Below are positions 23,236-33,695 of a stretch of DNA of 64,000 bases, piece after piece. The position numbers were made by a program, and so were the translations under genes. Each line of letters starts with the position of its first letter. Positions within the stretch are counted from its first letter, which is position 1. The notes beneath the pieces were generated by a model. It saw only the letters and a program-made list of their open reading frames with translations. It did not search any database and was not told the DNA's origin. Origin of the DNA: an uncultured Pseudomonadota bacterium. GTDB lineage: Bacteria; Pseudomonadota; Gammaproteobacteria; Burkholderiales; SG8-39. The stretch covers positions 74,764 through 138,763 of the forward strand of contig CALCIE010000024.1 of the NCBI GenBank assembly GCA_937907425.1, in the 5' to 3' direction.

Positions 23236-24512
23236 GCGCTCGGGGCGGTTTCTTCCAATTCGATGGAGGCGGCGAGCAGCGCGAGCCGCGCCACCACGCC
23301 GTAGGCGTAGAAACGGTTGGGCGTGGCGTCCGCGTCGGCGAAGGGGTCCGGCTGGGAGCAGCAGTCCTCGAAGGCCAGCGGCTCGAAATGCATGCCGGGC
23401 GCGTTGAGATTCTCGTCCTTGCCGCGGCCCGTATGCACGCGATAGAAACCGCCCACCACGAAGTGGTCGATCATGTACACCACCGGTTCGGCCACCGCGT
23501 CGTTGACGGTCTCGTAGGTCGGCACGCCTTCCTGGATGAGCACTTCGTGCACTTCCAGGCCTTCCTTCACCACCGCCATCTTGTTGCGCTGCTTGCGGTT
23601 CAAACCGACCACGTCGTCGGGGCTGCGCGCGGTCATGACGCCCATGCCGTAGGTGCCGGCATCGGCCTTGACCACCACGTAGGGTTCTTCCTCGATGCCG
23701 TATTCGCGGTATTTCGCGCGGATGCGTTCGAGCAGCGTCGCGACGTTGGTGGCCAGGCAGTCTTCGCCGCTGCGTTCGCGGAAGTCGATTTCGCCGCAGC
23801 GCGCGAAGTATGGGTTCACCAGCCAGGGATCGATGCCGATGAGCTCGGCAAACTCCTGCGCCACGCGGTCGTAGGCGGCGAAGTGCCGCGACTTGCGGCG
23901 CGTGGCCCAGCCGGCATGCAGGGGCGGCAGCACGAACTGTTCGTCGAGGCCGCGCAGGATCTCCGGCACGCCCGCGGAAAGGTCGTTGTTCAGCAGGATG
24001 GTGCAGGGATCGAAATCCGCCAGCCCGAGGCGGCTGCCGCGGCGCACCAGCGGTTCCAGCAGCAGCGGCGGATGATCCGGCACCTCGACCTTCGTCGGCC
24101 GGTCGATGTCGGGCAGCAGGCTGCCGATGCGGACGTTGAGCCCGGCCTGGCGGAAGATCGTCTGCAGACGCACGACGTTCTGCAGGTAGAACACGTTGCG
24201 GGTGTGGTTCTCCGGGATCAGCAGCAGATTGCGCGCGTTGGGGCAGATCTTCTCGATCGCCGCCATCGCCGCCTGCACGCACAGCGGCATGAACTGCGGA
24301 TTGAGGTTGTTGAAGCCGCCGGGGAAGAGATTGGTGTCGACCGGCGCCAGCTTGAAACCGCTGTTGCGCAGGTCGACCGAACCGTAGATGGGCGGCTCGT
24401 GCTCCTGCCACTGGCCGCGCAGCCAGTGCTCGATCGTGGCGCTCGCCGACAGGATTCGCGCCTCCAGCTCGGCAAGAGGACCGGTAAGAGCGGTCGTCAG
24501 ATGTGGAACCAT
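23232..24512 (-). CDS. gshA: glutamate-cysteine ligase (short ~430-aa proteobacterial type)
   Basis: Starts MVPHLTTALTGPLA.., then ..YGSVDLRNSGFKLAPVDTNLFPGGFNNL... 4-nt overlap with gshB. Confidence 0.85.
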   Translation of the reverse strand: MVPHLTTALTGPLAELEARILSASATIEHWLRGQWQEHEPPIYGSVDLRNSGFKLAPVDTNLFPGGFNNLNPQFMPLCVQAAMAAIEKICPNARNLLLIPENHTRNVFYLQNVVRLQTIFRQAGLNVRIGSLLPDIDRPTKVEVPDHPPLLLEPLVRRGSRLGLADFDPCTILLNNDLSAGVPEILRGLDEQFVLPPLHAGWATRRKSRHFAAYDRVAQEFAELIGIDPWLVNPYFARCGEIDFRERSGEDCLATNVATLLERIRAKYREYGIEEEPYVVVKADAGTYGMGVMTARSPDDVVGLNRKQRNKMAVVKEGLEVHEVLIQEGVPTYETVNDAVAEPVVYMIDHFVVGGFYRVHTGRGKDENLNAPGMHFEPLAFEDCCSQPDPFADADATPNRFYAYGVVARLALLAASIELEETAPSA

Positions 24513-24632
24513 GCTTTTGTCTAGTACCGGTTGAAAGGACGGCGCGAGGTCCGCGGACGATTCTAGCCCAGCCCGGCGGCGGGCCGTCCAATTTCGCGCC
24601 CTGCGCCGCGTATCCGTTACGGGTGTAGATGG

Positions 24633-24660
24633 CAAACGGGGCAGCCTCAAGCTGCCCCGT
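24633..24660 (-). terminator. putative terminator after the cytochrome c gene
   Basis: The minus strand reads CGGGGCAGC-uugag-GCUGCCCCG followed by UUUG. Good stem, short U tract. Confidence 0.5.
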
Positions 24661-24686
24661 CGGAATGGAAAGTTTGAGGCGCCGGT

Positions 24687-25193
24687 TTACTTGGCGGCGT
24701 TGACCATGTAATCGACAGCCGCTTTCACTGCGTCGTCCGCCAGCGAGGGGTTGCCGCCTTTGGGCGGCATGGCGTTCAGACCCTTCAGCGCGGAGGTGTA
24801 CAGGGCGTCCTTGCCTTTGGCGATACGCGGCGCCCACGCGCCCTTGTCGCCGAACTTCGGCGCACCGGCGACGCCGGTGCCGTGGCAGGCCACGCAGGCC
24901 TGGTTGTAGACCGCATCGCCGGAGGCGACTTCCGTCGTGCCGCCGGCCGCCGCGCCCGGCGCCCCGCCGGCGGCCTCGGCGCTGATGGCCACGTCGGCCA
25001 CCGGCCGGATCCGCTCGGCAACCGCCTCAGGATCCAGCGCCTTCGCGCTGGGCGCCTTGCTGCTGGTGACGAGCTGGGTCAGCAGGATGATGCCGACCAC
25101 GGGTATGAGGAAGGCCAGCACGACCACGACGATAAGTTGCTTCGGCGTCTTGATCGGCGAGGAGTGAGCGTGGGAGGAGCCTTCATCCTTCAT
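24687..25193 (-). CDS. membrane-anchored c-type cytochrome (cytochrome c5-like)
   Basis: 168 aa; one N-terminal TM helix, an Ala/Gly/Pro linker, a CVACHG heme-binding motif and a downstream ..NAMPPKGG.. Met ligand region. Confidence 0.85.
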   Translation of the reverse strand: MKDEGSSHAHSSPIKTPKQLIVVVVLAFLIPVVGIILLTQLVTSSKAPSAKALDPEAVAERIRPVADVAISAEAAGGAPGAAAGGTTEVASGDAVYNQACVACHGTGVAGAPKFGDKGAWAPRIAKGKDALYTSALKGLNAMPPKGGNPSLADDAVKAAVDYMVNAAK

Positions 25194-25340
25194 GATGCGG
25201 AACCTTTGGCGGTAGTTGTTCTTCGATCAGGCGGACGTCACGGCGGACGCGCCGAGGCAGAACGCAAGGCGCGGATTATAGCGGCAAGGGGCAGACCGGC
25301 AAAGCCGGCGGCGCTTTGCGCTACAATCACACCCGTTCAC

Positions 25341-25417
25341 GCGCCCGTAGCTCAGTTGGATAGAGTGTTGGTTTCCGAAGCCAAAGGTCACAGGTTCGAA
25401 TCCTGTCGGGCGCGCCA
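25341..25417 (+). tRNA. tRNA-Arg (anticodon CCG)
   Basis: 77 nt: GCGCCCG-UA-GCUC..GAGU-G-UUGGU-UUCCGAA-GCCAA-AGGUC-ACAGG-UUCGAAU-CCUGU-CGGGCGC-GCCA. Folds as a cloverleaf by hand, CCA is encoded, and it is close to E. coli argX. Confidence 0.95.
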
Positions 25418-25769
25418 CCTCGATCATCCCCATTCCCGTCCTGCAAGCTGTCCGAATCCGTTCGTGCCTGGAACAGGACCGGGCGCCGTTCGAATCGCAA
25501 TGCGGGAGGATGGCCCGCGCCTTGGGCGCGGAGCGTTTCTACGGCGGTTTGCGCGCGGCGGGATTTACAAGCCAGCGCGCGCTGTTCAACATGTAAAAGG
25601 GCTTTCGCCTCGCTCGTGCGCTGCGAAGCGCAGGGGTGCCGGAGGAAAAATGCCCGCAATCTCGTGGCTGCGGCGGCATCGGACGCGGTAGTATCCGGGG
25701 CGCGTGCTTTTCACGACGACGATAAGGTCCCTGCGGGCCAAGTTCATCAAACAAAGAGGAGGTCTAGAG

Positions 25770-26750
25770 ATGCGAGGATACAAGGCGATATTGGGCGCGG
25801 TTGCGCTGGGGCTGGGCGTGCTGGCCTCGAGCGCGAACGCTCAGGAATATCCCACCAAGCCGATCACCATGATCGTTCCTTTCGCGGCCGGCGGTCCGAC
25901 CGACACGGTGGCGCGTTCGATCGCGGCGGCGATGCAGGACTACCTGAAGCAGACGGTCGTCGTGGAGAACGTGGGCGGCGCCGGCGGCACCATCGGCGTG
26001 GCGCGCGGGGCGCGTGCGCCGGCCGACGGCTACACCATCACCATGCATCACATCGGCATGTCGACGGCGCCCACTCTGTACCGCAAGCTGAGCTTCGATC
26101 CGCTCAAGGACTTCGAGTACATCGGCCTGGTCGCCGACGTGCCGATGACCATGATCGCCCGCGCGGACTTCCCGCCCAAGGATCTGAAGGAATTTCTCAG
26201 CTACGTGAAGGAAAACCACAAGAAGCTGACCTACGCCAACGCCGGCGTCGGCGCGGCCTCGCATCTGTGCGGCCTGCTGTTCATGTCGGCGATCGGCGTG
26301 GACTTCATCACCGTGCCCTATAAGGGCACCGGCCCGGCCATGAACGACCTGCTGGGCGGCCAGGTGGACTTCATGTGCGACCAGACCACCAACACCACCT
26401 CGCAGATCAAGGCCGGCAAGGTCAAGGCCTACGCCGTCACCACGCCGCAGCGCCTGGCCAACTTCCCCGATCTGCCGACGCTGCAGGAAGGCGGTCTCAA
26501 GGACTTCGAGGTGACCGTGTGGCACGGCCTGTACGCGCCGAAGGGCACGCCCAAGCCGGTGATGGACAAGCTGGTGAAGGCGCTGCAGCACGCGCTGCAG
26601 GATCCGACCGTGAAGCAGCGCTTCAACGATCTGGGTACCGCGCCGGTGCCGCTCGAGCGCGGCACGCCGGAAGCGCTGCGTGCGCACCTGGAGGCCGAAA
26701 TCAACAAGTGGCGTCCGATCATCCAGGCGGCCGGCACCTACGCCGACTGA
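25770..26750 (+). CDS. Bug-family (TctC-like) tripartite tricarboxylate transporter substrate-binding protein
   Basis: Signal peptide MRGYKAILGAVALGLGVLASSANA, then QEYPTKPITMIVPFAAGGPTD.., the Bug-family hallmark. ATG behind AAGAGGAGG. No tctA/tctB partner genes adjacent. Confidence 0.88.
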   Translation: MRGYKAILGAVALGLGVLASSANAQEYPTKPITMIVPFAAGGPTDTVARSIAAAMQDYLKQTVVVENVGGAGGTIGVARGARAPADGYTITMHHIGMSTAPTLYRKLSFDPLKDFEYIGLVADVPMTMIARADFPPKDLKEFLSYVKENHKKLTYANAGVGAASHLCGLLFMSAIGVDFITVPYKGTGPAMNDLLGGQVDFMCDQTTNTTSQIKAGKVKAYAVTTPQRLANFPDLPTLQEGGLKDFEVTVWHGLYAPKGTPKPVMDKLVKALQHALQDPTVKQRFNDLGTAPVPLERGTPEALRAHLEAEINKWRPIIQAAGTYAD

Positions 26751-26774
26751 TCCGGCGCGCTTCGGTCACGGAAA

Positions 26775-26800
26775 GCGGCCCGCACGGGCCGCTTTTTTTT
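26775..26800 (+). terminator. intrinsic terminator
   Basis: GCGGCCC-gcac-GGGCCGC followed by eight T. Confidence 0.88.
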
Positions 26801-27182
26801 ATTGGGGCGGTTGCGTTTCCGCAGCCGCGTCGCACCCCGGCGAGACGTTGCCGGGCGCGCACTCGCGGCCCGCACCGGGCGGCAGCCCGAACCGCCGCGG
26901 GCCGCCCGTTTCCCAGGGGTGCCTGATGCGATGGGGCGCGTTCCAGTGACGCGAATCCTGCGTCTGCGGGACTTCGGCGGGCGGCGTCGGAGCGGTGAGG
27001 CCGGAGGCCGCAGGTGCGCGCTCGCTCCAGCGCATGCTGCCGTCGATCTGCCGCCGGCCCTCGCTCACACGACCGTCGGCGTAGTAGCAGGTCTCACTGC
27101 CGTCCGCCCACTTCTGACAGCCGATCTGCGCCGCAGCCAGCGCCGGTGCCAGGCTCAGTAACGCCAAAACGCAGGCGCGCAT
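26799..27182 (-). CDS. hypothetical small exported protein
   Basis: Internal ATG gives MRACVLALLSLAPALAAAQ (signal peptide), followed by a Cys-containing, Pro-rich sequence. No family recognised, and high GC makes the call weak. Confidence 0.35.
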   Translation of the reverse strand: MRACVLALLSLAPALAAAQIGCQKWADGSETCYYADGRVSEGRRQIDGSMRWSERAPAASGLTAPTPPAEVPQTQDSRHWNAPHRIRHPWETGGPRRFGLPPGAGRECAPGNVSPGCDAAAETQPPQ

Positions 27183-27260
27183 CCACACCTCCTCCGCAGC
27201 CACATGGATTCAGTGTAGGGAGCGCCGTGCAGCGCGTTGTAAAACTTGATCCGCGGGGCT

Positions 27261-28148
27261 TCAGCCGAGCCCGTGCGCGCGGAACCACTCGATGCAACGC
27301 TGCCAGGCGTCCTCAGCCACTGCCTTCCTGTAGGTCGGCCGGTAGTCGGCGTGGAAGGCGTGCGGCGCGTCCGGATAGACGACGATTTCGCTCTTCCTGC
27401 CCGCCGCTTTCAGCGCGGCGCGCATGCGTTCCACCGATTCCACCGGAATGCCCTGGTCGGCGCCGCCGTAGAGCCCCAGCACCGGTGCGCGGATGTCCGC
27501 CGCGACATCGAGCGGATGCCGCGGCGTGTTCTCGGTTTTGTCGCCCACCAGGCGCCCGTACCAGGCCACGCCTGCCGCCAGCTTGGGATTGTGCGCGGCG
27601 TAGAGCCAGACGATGCGGCCGCCCCAGCAGAAGCCCGTGATGCCGAGCTTGTCGCCGTCGCCCTTGGGATGTTTGGCGGCCCAGGCGGCGGTGGCGTCCA
27701 GGTCCTGCATCACTTGCGCGTCCGGCACCTTGGACACCACTTCCTTGAAAATGGTCGGGATGTCGCTCATGCCGCTGACATCGCCCTGGCGCGCGTAGAG
27801 CTCGGGCGCCACGGCGAAATAGCCCAGCTTGGCGAAACGGCGGCAGACGTCCTTGATGTGTTCGTGCACGCCGAAGATCTCCTGCACCACCAGGATCACC
27901 GGGTACTTGCTGGCTTTTTGAGGCGCCGCATAGTAGGCGGGCAGTTCGCCGTCGTGCACGGGAATCTTGGTTTCGCCCGCTTCCAGACCGTCGGCCGGCG
28001 TGACGATCATCGTTTGGGCCATGACGGGTTGGGTGGCGAGCGCGAAACCCGCCGCCAGGCTCGAGACGAGAAAGCCCCGGCGGGTGAAAGGGATTTCGGG
28101 CATCAGGCTGCGGAATTCGGCTTCGTCGACGGCGGCAGTACGGCTCAT
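27261..28148 (-). CDS. dienelactone hydrolase family protein with twin-arginine signal
   Basis: [24 protein letters not shown] Tat-like signal. ..[41 protein letters not shown].. is the DLH fold with nucleophile Cys in GFCWGG. Confidence 0.85.
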   Translation of the reverse strand: MSRTAAVDEAEFRSLMPEIPFTRRGFLVSSLAAGFALATQPVMAQTMIVTPADGLEAGETKIPVHDGELPAYYAAPQKASKYPVILVVQEIFGVHEHIKDVCRRFAKLGYFAVAPELYARQGDVSGMSDIPTIFKEVVSKVPDAQVMQDLDATAAWAAKHPKGDGDKLGITGFCWGGRIVWLYAAHNPKLAAGVAWYGRLVGDKTENTPRHPLDVAADIRAPVLGLYGGADQGIPVESVERMRAALKAAGRKSEIVVYPDAPHAFHADYRPTYRKAVAEDAWQRCIEWFRAHGLG

Positions 28149-28220
28149 GACACGCTCCTCCGGCAGATGACGGGGCAGATCTTGAGCAGGGATTGTGCCA
28201 CCGGCCGGGCGGCAAGCGCC

Positions 28221-28529
28221 TTAGGCGACGAACAGCTGCAGGGTCGCGACCAGGGCGACCAGCCCGGCGACGGCCGTGATGCCGAGCGCGATGCGCCGGG
28301 AACGTGCCCGCGCCGCGCGGGCTTCGGCGCGTTGGGCCTCGATCATGGCGGCGACATGGGCCCACCTGTCGCCGGCGTTCTTCTCATCCGCGGCGGGATT
28401 GTCCCAGCCGATCACGGTCGGCGGAAACGCCGATTCGGCGCCCAGCACCGAATCGTCCCAGTCGGCCCAGGGCGACTGGTCTTGCGCGCGCGATGCGCGC
28501 TTGCGGTCCTTGTCCGGGGAAGAGGCCAT
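28221..28529 (-). CDS. hypothetical small protein with C-terminal TM helix
   Basis: MASSPDKDRKR.. acidic/Trp-rich region, ..AQRAEARAARARSRR.., then IALGITAVAGLVALVATLQLFVA. Start ambiguous (TTG at 28562 or ATG at 28529). No family recognised. Confidence 0.35.
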   Translation of the reverse strand: MASSPDKDRKRASRAQDQSPWADWDDSVLGAESAFPPTVIGWDNPAADEKNAGDRWAHVAAMIEAQRAEARAARARSRRIALGITAVAGLVALVATLQLFVA

Positions 28530-28609
28530 GTCGCCGAGCGTACCCCAAAAATGAGGCGACAAAGTGTCGACTAGGGCGCATTTTCATGCCGCCCGCGCGC
28601 TCTGTCGGG

Positions 28610-30160
28610 CTAGATCAGGATGACGTCGTACTGTTCCTGGGTGTAGCTCGTCTCCACCTGCAGGGAGACGGGCTTGCCGATGAAATCGCCCAGCATCGCC
28701 AGCGACTGCGACTCCTCCTCGAGGAACATGTCGATGACGGACTGGGAAGCCAGGATGCGGAATTCGCGCGCGTTGAACTGGCGCGCCTCGCGCAGGATCT
28801 CGCGCAGAATCTCGTAGCACACCGTGCGCGCGGTCTTCACCACACCGCGGCCGCCGCAGGTCTTGCACGGTTCGCACAGTACGTGCTCGAGGCTCTCGCG
28901 CGTGCGCTTGCGCGTCATTTCCACCAGCCCGAGCGCGGTGAAGCCGTTGACGGTCATCTTGGTGCGGTCGCGCGACAGCGCCTTGTTGAGCTCCGCCAGC
29001 ACCGCCTCGCGGTGGTCGGGGTTCTCCATGTCGATGAAATCGATGATGATGATCCCGCCCAGGTTGCGCAGACGGAGCTGCCGCGCGATCACCTGCGCCG
29101 CCTCCAGGTTGGTCTTGAAGATCGTGTCGTCGAAGTTGCGCAGACCGACGAAGCCCCCGGTGTTGACGTCGATGGTGGTCATGGCCTCGGTCTGGTCCAT
29201 GATCAGATAGCCGCCGGACTTGAGATCGACACGCCGTTCCAGCGCCCGCTGGATTTCCTCCTCGATGTTGTAGAGATCGAACAGCGGCCGTTCGCCGGTG
29301 TAGTGCTCCAGCTTGTCCGCGACGTTGGGCGTGTAGAGCTGCGCGAAGCGCTGCAGCTTGAGGAAGTTCTCGCGCGAATCGACGATGATGCGGCCGGTGT
29401 CGCGGGTGGCGAAGTCGCGCAGCACGCGCTCGGCGAGCCACAGGTCGTGATAGAGCAGCGCAGGCGGCGAAGCCGTCGTCGCGCGCTCGCAGATGTTGGC
29501 CCACAGCCGGCGCAGGTAGGCGATGTCGTTGGCCAGCTCCTCGTCGGTCGCCGTCTCCGCCATGGTGCGGATGATGAACCCGCCCTTCTCGTCCGGCGGC
29601 ACCATCTGCTGCAGGCGTTCGCGCAGGGCGCGGCGTTCGGCCTCGTCCTCGATGCGCTGGGAGATGCCGATGTGCGGGTCCTGCGGCAGATACACGAGGA
29701 GGCGGCCGGCGATGCTGATCTGAGTGGAAAGCCGCGCGCCCTTGGAGCCGATGGGGTCCTTGATGACCTGCACCATCAGCGGCTGACCTTCGGTGAGGAT
29801 CTTCTCGATCGGCTTCACCAGCGCGGGCTTCGGCAGCCCGTTGCGGCCTTCCTCACCCTGCGAATGGCGGCCCTGCCAGATGTCGGCCACATGCAGGAAG
29901 GCGGCGCGTTCGAGACCGATTTCGACGAAGGCCGACTGCATGCCGGGCAGCACGCGCACCACCTTGCCCATGTAGATGTTGCCGACCAGGCCTCGGTTGG
30001 CGCTGCGCTCGATGTGCAGTTCCTGCACCGCGCCGTCGGCGACCACCGCCACGCGCGTCTCCTGCGGCGTGATGTTGATGAGGATGTCCTCGGGCACCAC
30101 ATCGCGTTCCACCGCCGTGCGCGGCACGGTGGGCGCGGGCGACTGCGGGGCGCTGCTCAT
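28610..30160 (-). CDS. rng: ribonuclease G (RNase E/G family)
   Basis: From MSSAPQS..: S1 domain ..GNIYMGKVVRVLPGMQSAFVEIG.., then ..TIDVNTGGFVG.., ..IIIIDFIDM.., and the CxxCxGxG zinc link. The track ORF extends spuriously to 30514. Confidence 0.93.
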   Translation of the reverse strand: MSSAPQSPAPTVPRTAVERDVVPEDILINITPQETRVAVVADGAVQELHIERSANRGLVGNIYMGKVVRVLPGMQSAFVEIGLERAAFLHVADIWQGRHSQGEEGRNGLPKPALVKPIEKILTEGQPLMVQVIKDPIGSKGARLSTQISIAGRLLVYLPQDPHIGISQRIEDEAERRALRERLQQMVPPDEKGGFIIRTMAETATDEELANDIAYLRRLWANICERATTASPPALLYHDLWLAERVLRDFATRDTGRIIVDSRENFLKLQRFAQLYTPNVADKLEHYTGERPLFDLYNIEEEIQRALERRVDLKSGGYLIMDQTEAMTTIDVNTGGFVGLRNFDDTIFKTNLEAAQVIARQLRLRNLGGIIIIDFIDMENPDHREAVLAELNKALSRDRTKMTVNGFTALGLVEMTRKRTRESLEHVLCEPCKTCGGRGVVKTARTVCYEILREILREARQFNAREFRILASQSVIDMFLEEESQSLAMLGDFIGKPVSLQVETSYTQEQYDVILI

Positions 30161-30780
30161 GAGCGGTACTGGCTCTGGAAACGGCGCAGCAACGCGGCCG
30201 TTTCGTAAAGCGGCAGCCCCATCACGCCGGTGTAGCTGCCGAGGATTTCGGGAATGAAGGCCGCGGCGCGTCCCTGGATGGCGTAGGCGCCGGCCTTGTC
30301 GTAGGGCTCGCCGGTATCGACGTAATGGATGATCTCGTCCTCTTCCAGAGGGCGGAAGCGCACCACGTTCTCGTTCAGCACGAAGTCCATGGTGCTGTCG
30401 TAGGCGAGCGCCACGGCGGTCAGCACCCGGTGTTCGCGTCCGGAGAGCTGCTTGAGCATGCGGATCGCGTCGGCGCGGTCGGCCGGCTTGCCGAAGATCT
30501 GGCCGTCGAGGCACACGGTGGTATCGGCCGCCAGCACCGGCAGGCGCGGCAACTGACGCTGCAGCACGCGCATCCAGCCGGCTTCGGCCTTGGCGCGGCA
30601 GATCCTTTCGACGTACTGCTGCGGATCTTCGCCGGGTCGCGGCGTCTCGTCCACGTCGCCTTCGCGGCCGGCGTGTTCGCGCAGCACCAGCACGTCGAAA
30701 GGCACGCCGATCTGCTTCAGCAGCTCGCGCCGGCGCGGGCTGCGCGAGGCGAGGTAGATCCGGGGCAGCGGGGCGAGCAT
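30157..30780 (-). CDS. maf: Maf-family nucleoside triphosphate pyrophosphatase
   Basis: ..IYLASRSPRRRELLKQIGVPF.. and ..DKAGAYAIQG.. motifs. 4-nt overlap with rng. Confidence 0.9.
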   Translation of the reverse strand: MLAPLPRIYLASRSPRRRELLKQIGVPFDVLVLREHAGREGDVDETPRPGEDPQQYVERICRAKAEAGWMRVLQRQLPRLPVLAADTTVCLDGQIFGKPADRADAIRMLKQLSGREHRVLTAVALAYDSTMDFVLNENVVRFRPLEEDEIIHYVDTGEPYDKAGAYAIQGRAAAFIPEILGSYTGVMGLPLYETAALLRRFQSQYRS

Positions 30781-30790
30781 TAGTTGTTCT

Positions 30791-31261
30791 TTATGTCCGG
30801 TGATACGGATGATTATCGAGGATCGACACGGCCCGATAAAGCTGCTCCGCGAGCAGCACGCGAACTAAGGCATGCGGCAGGGTCAGGCTGGACAGCCGCA
30901 ACTGCAGCTCGGCGGTGCTTTTCAGTGCCGGGTCCAGGCCGTCCGCGCCGCCGATGATGAAAGCCAGGTCGCGGCCTTCGCCCAGCCAGCGTCCGAGCGA
31001 CTCGGCCAGCCGCGCGGTGGTGAAATCGGCCCCGCGTTCGTCGAGCACGATGCGCCGCGCCTGGGGCGGCAGCGCGGCTTCGATTCGCGCCGCCTCGGCC
31101 CGCATGCATTGCGCCGGGGTGCGGCTGCCGCCGCGGCGCTCGGGACGGATCTCGATCAGCTCGATGCGCGCCTTGCGTGGCATCCGGCGGCTGTAATCGG
31201 CGAACGCCTCGTCCACCCATCCGGGCATGCGTTCGCCGACGGCGACGATGAGCAGACGCAC
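30791..31261 (-). CDS. rlmH: 23S rRNA (pseudouridine1915-N3)-methyltransferase
   Basis: 156 aa, SPOUT family, ..FIIGGADGL....[32 protein letters not shown] start. Confidence 0.92.
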   Translation of the reverse strand: MRLLIVAVGERMPGWVDEAFADYSRRMPRKARIELIEIRPERRGGSRTPAQCMRAEAARIEAALPPQARRIVLDERGADFTTARLAESLGRWLGEGRDLAFIIGGADGLDPALKSTAELQLRLSSLTLPHALVRVLLAEQLYRAVSILDNHPYHRT

Positions 31262-31321
31262 ACCCTACTCCCCGGTCCGTGAGTCTCCCCAACGCGGCAT
31301 GGCGGGTGTCGCCCGCCCGCC

Positions 31322-31699
31322 TCAGGCGCTGGGTTGGGCGTTGGCCCGCGCCCGCACGCTGCGGCGGGCACGCGGCTTGGGCTGATCCCAGAGTTCTTCG
31401 AGGTTGTAATGCGCCCGGATGGCCGGTTGCATGATGTGGATGATCACGTCGCCCGCGTCGACCAGCACCCATTCGCCGACTTCTTCGCCTTCGACGCCGA
31501 AAACGCGTTCCCCAAGCTCGCTCAGCTTGTCCTGAACGCTGCGGGAAAGGGCTTTGATCTGGCGCGCCGAGTCCGCGCTGGCGATGATGACTCGGTCGAA
31601 GAGGCTGGTGAGATGGCTGACGTTGTAAACCGCTATGTCTTTGGCTTTGATGTCTTCAAGCGCTTCGACAATGGCTTTTTGCTTCCTGCGGATATCCAA
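31322..31699 (-). CDS. rsfS: ribosome silencing factor RsfS
   Basis: ..IVEALEDIKAKDIAVYNVSHLTSLFDRVIIASADSARQ..GEEVGEWVLVDAGDVIIHIM.. is typical RsfS. TTG at 31699 lies 7 nt after GAAGGAGG; the track ORF extends to 31933. Confidence 0.85.
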   Translation of the reverse strand: MDIRRKQKAIVEALEDIKAKDIAVYNVSHLTSLFDRVIIASADSARQIKALSRSVQDKLSELGERVFGVEGEEVGEWVLVDAGDVIIHIMQPAIRAHYNLEELWDQPKPRARRSVRARANAQPSA

Positions 31700-31742
31700 G
31701 ACTGGGCGGCCTCCTTCGGGTCGCGTGCCGAGCGCCCATCGC

Positions 31743-32393
31743 TCAGCGATACAAACCCTTGGACTCAATATAGCGGAGAACGGTTTCCGGAAGCAAATAA
31801 CGCACGCTGCCGCCGCGCGCGATGCGTGCGCGGATGTCGGTCGAGGAAATGGCGAGCCGTGCCGAAGCGAAATGCACGATATAGCCATGCGGCCGCTCGC
31901 CGATGCGGGCCGCTTCGGCGAGCCGTTCGGCATAGACGTTCGCGAGCGGCGCGGGCAGCTTGTCCACGTCCAGTTCGTAGCCCGGGCGTTCGGCCACCGC
32001 GAAATGCGCCAGATCGAACAGGCGTTCCCAGCTCCGCCAGGTGTGAAGCGTGAGAAACGAATCCATGCCGAGGATCATCACCAGCGGGCGCCTCTCGCCG
32101 AGCTCGCGCCGCAGGCGTTCCAGCATCGGTACCGTGTAGGTGGGCTCGTCCGACTCGAGTTCGGAGGCGTCGATGCTGAAGCGCGCTTCGTCGGCGATGG
32201 CCAGGCGCAGCATGGCGAGCCGGTCGGCGGCCGGAGCGCGCGGCGCGGCTGCGCGATGGCCCGGCGTGCCGGAGGGAATCCAGCGCACTTCGGGCAGCCG
32301 CAATTCGTCGGCGGCGTCGAGCGCAAGGCGCAGATGCCCGTAATGCACCGGATCGAAGGTGCCGCCCATCAGCCCGAGCGGAGTCTCTGCCAC
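31743..32393 (-). CDS. nadD: nicotinate-nucleotide adenylyltransferase
   Basis: ..GLMGGTFDPVHYGHL.. (H/T)xGH motif and ..ISSTDIR.. motif. GTG start. Confidence 0.92.
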   Translation of the reverse strand: MAETPLGLMGGTFDPVHYGHLRLALDAADELRLPEVRWIPSGTPGHRAAAPRAPAADRLAMLRLAIADEARFSIDASELESDEPTYTVPMLERLRRELGERRPLVMILGMDSFLTLHTWRSWERLFDLAHFAVAERPGYELDVDKLPAPLANVYAERLAEAARIGERPHGYIVHFASARLAISSTDIRARIARGGSVRYLLPETVLRYIESKGLYR

Positions 32394-32412
32394 GTCTGCG
32401 CCCCGGTGCGCT

Positions 32413-33666
32413 TCAGGTGCGGACTTCGCCCTGCCCGAGCACGACGTATTTCTGCGAGGTGAGCCCTTCCAGGCCCACCGGCCCGCGCGCGTGCAGCTTG
32501 TCGGTGGAGATGCCGATTTCCGCGCCCAGGCCGTATTCGAAGCCGTCGGCGAAGCGCGTCGAGGCGTTCACCATCACCGAGCTGGAATCCACTTCGCGCA
32601 GGAAACGCTGCGCGCGCGCTTCGTCCTCGGTCACGATGGCGTCGGTGTGATGCGAACCGTAGCGCTCGATGTGCTCGATCGCTTCATCCAGGCCCTTGAC
32701 GATCTTAACCGCCAGGATGGGAGCGAGGTATTCGGTGTACCAGTCCTCTTCGGTCGCGGGCTTCATCGGCACGATGGCGCGCGCCGCCTCGTCGCCGCGC
32801 AGTTCCACGCCCTTGGCAGTGTAGATCTCCGCCAGCCGCGGCAGCACGCGCGGCGCGATGCCTTCCGCGACGAGCAGCGTCTCCATGGTGTTGCAGGTGC
32901 CGTAACGCTGCGTCTTGGCGTTGTCGGCGATGCGGATCGCCTTGTCGATGTCCGCCTTGTCGTCGATGTAGACGTGGCAGACGCCGTCGAGGTGTTTGAT
33001 CATCGGGATGCGCGACTCGTTCATGATGCGCTCGATGAGCGACTTGCCGCCGCGCGGCACGATGATGTCCACGTATTCCTTCATCGTCAGCAGCTCGCCC
33101 ACCGCCGCGCGGTCGGGCGTCTCGACGATCTGCACGGCCGTTTCCGGCAGTCCCGCCTCGCGCAGGCCTTCGCGCACGCAGGCGGCGATCGCCATGTTCG
33201 AGCGCACCGACTCCGAGCCGCCGCGCAGGATGGCGGCATTGCCCGACTTGAGGCACAGCGCCGCCGCGTCCGCCGTGACGTTGGGGCGCGATTCGTAAAT
33301 GATGCCGATGACGCCGAGCGGCACGCGCATGCGGCCCACCCGGATGCCGGAGGGTCGTTGCTGCAGATCGGTGATGACGCCGATGGGATCGGGCAGCGCG
33401 GCGACCTGTTCCAGGCCTTGCGCCATCGCCTCGATGCTTTTCGGCGTCAGCGTGAGCCGGTCGATGAACGCGGCGTCCGCGCCGCCGCTGCGCGCGGCTT
33501 CGACGTCGGCGGCGTTGGCTTCGAGCAAGGCAGGCGCTTGTTCGCGCAAGGCGCGCGCGATGGCGTGCAGGGCGCGGTTCTTGGTTTCGGTATCGGCGCG
33601 GGCGAGGAGGCGCGCGGCGGCGCGCGCCTGCCGGCCGAGCTGCTGCATGTATTGTTTGACGTCCAT
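32413..33666 (-). CDS. proA: gamma-glutamyl phosphate reductase
   Basis: [17 protein letters not shown].. ..IYESRPNVT.. ..CNTMETLLV.. are canonical ProA. The start could also be ATG 33675; the track ORF extends spuriously to 34401. Confidence 0.93.
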   Translation of the reverse strand: MDVKQYMQQLGRQARAAARLLARADTETKNRALHAIARALREQAPALLEANAADVEAARSGGADAAFIDRLTLTPKSIEAMAQGLEQVAALPDPIGVITDLQQRPSGIRVGRMRVPLGVIGIIYESRPNVTADAAALCLKSGNAAILRGGSESVRSNMAIAACVREGLREAGLPETAVQIVETPDRAAVGELLTMKEYVDIIVPRGGKSLIERIMNESRIPMIKHLDGVCHVYIDDKADIDKAIRIADNAKTQRYGTCNTMETLLVAEGIAPRVLPRLAEIYTAKGVELRGDEAARAIVPMKPATEEDWYTEYLAPILAVKIVKGLDEAIEHIERYGSHHTDAIVTEDEARAQRFLREVDSSSVMVNASTRFADGFEYGLGAEIGISTDKLHARGPVGLEGLTSQKYVVLGQGEVRT

Positions 33667-33695
33667 GTGCGGCATTCTAGCGGGCCGGGAAGGAC

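Noticed and set aside
25418-25769. Possible integration scar: a 9-nt match (GTTCGAATC, ~25490) to the T-arm of the adjacent tRNA-Arg
   Set aside because: The match is too short, does not extend to the tRNA 3' end, and no integrase or mobile genes follow. Chance is the likely explanation.
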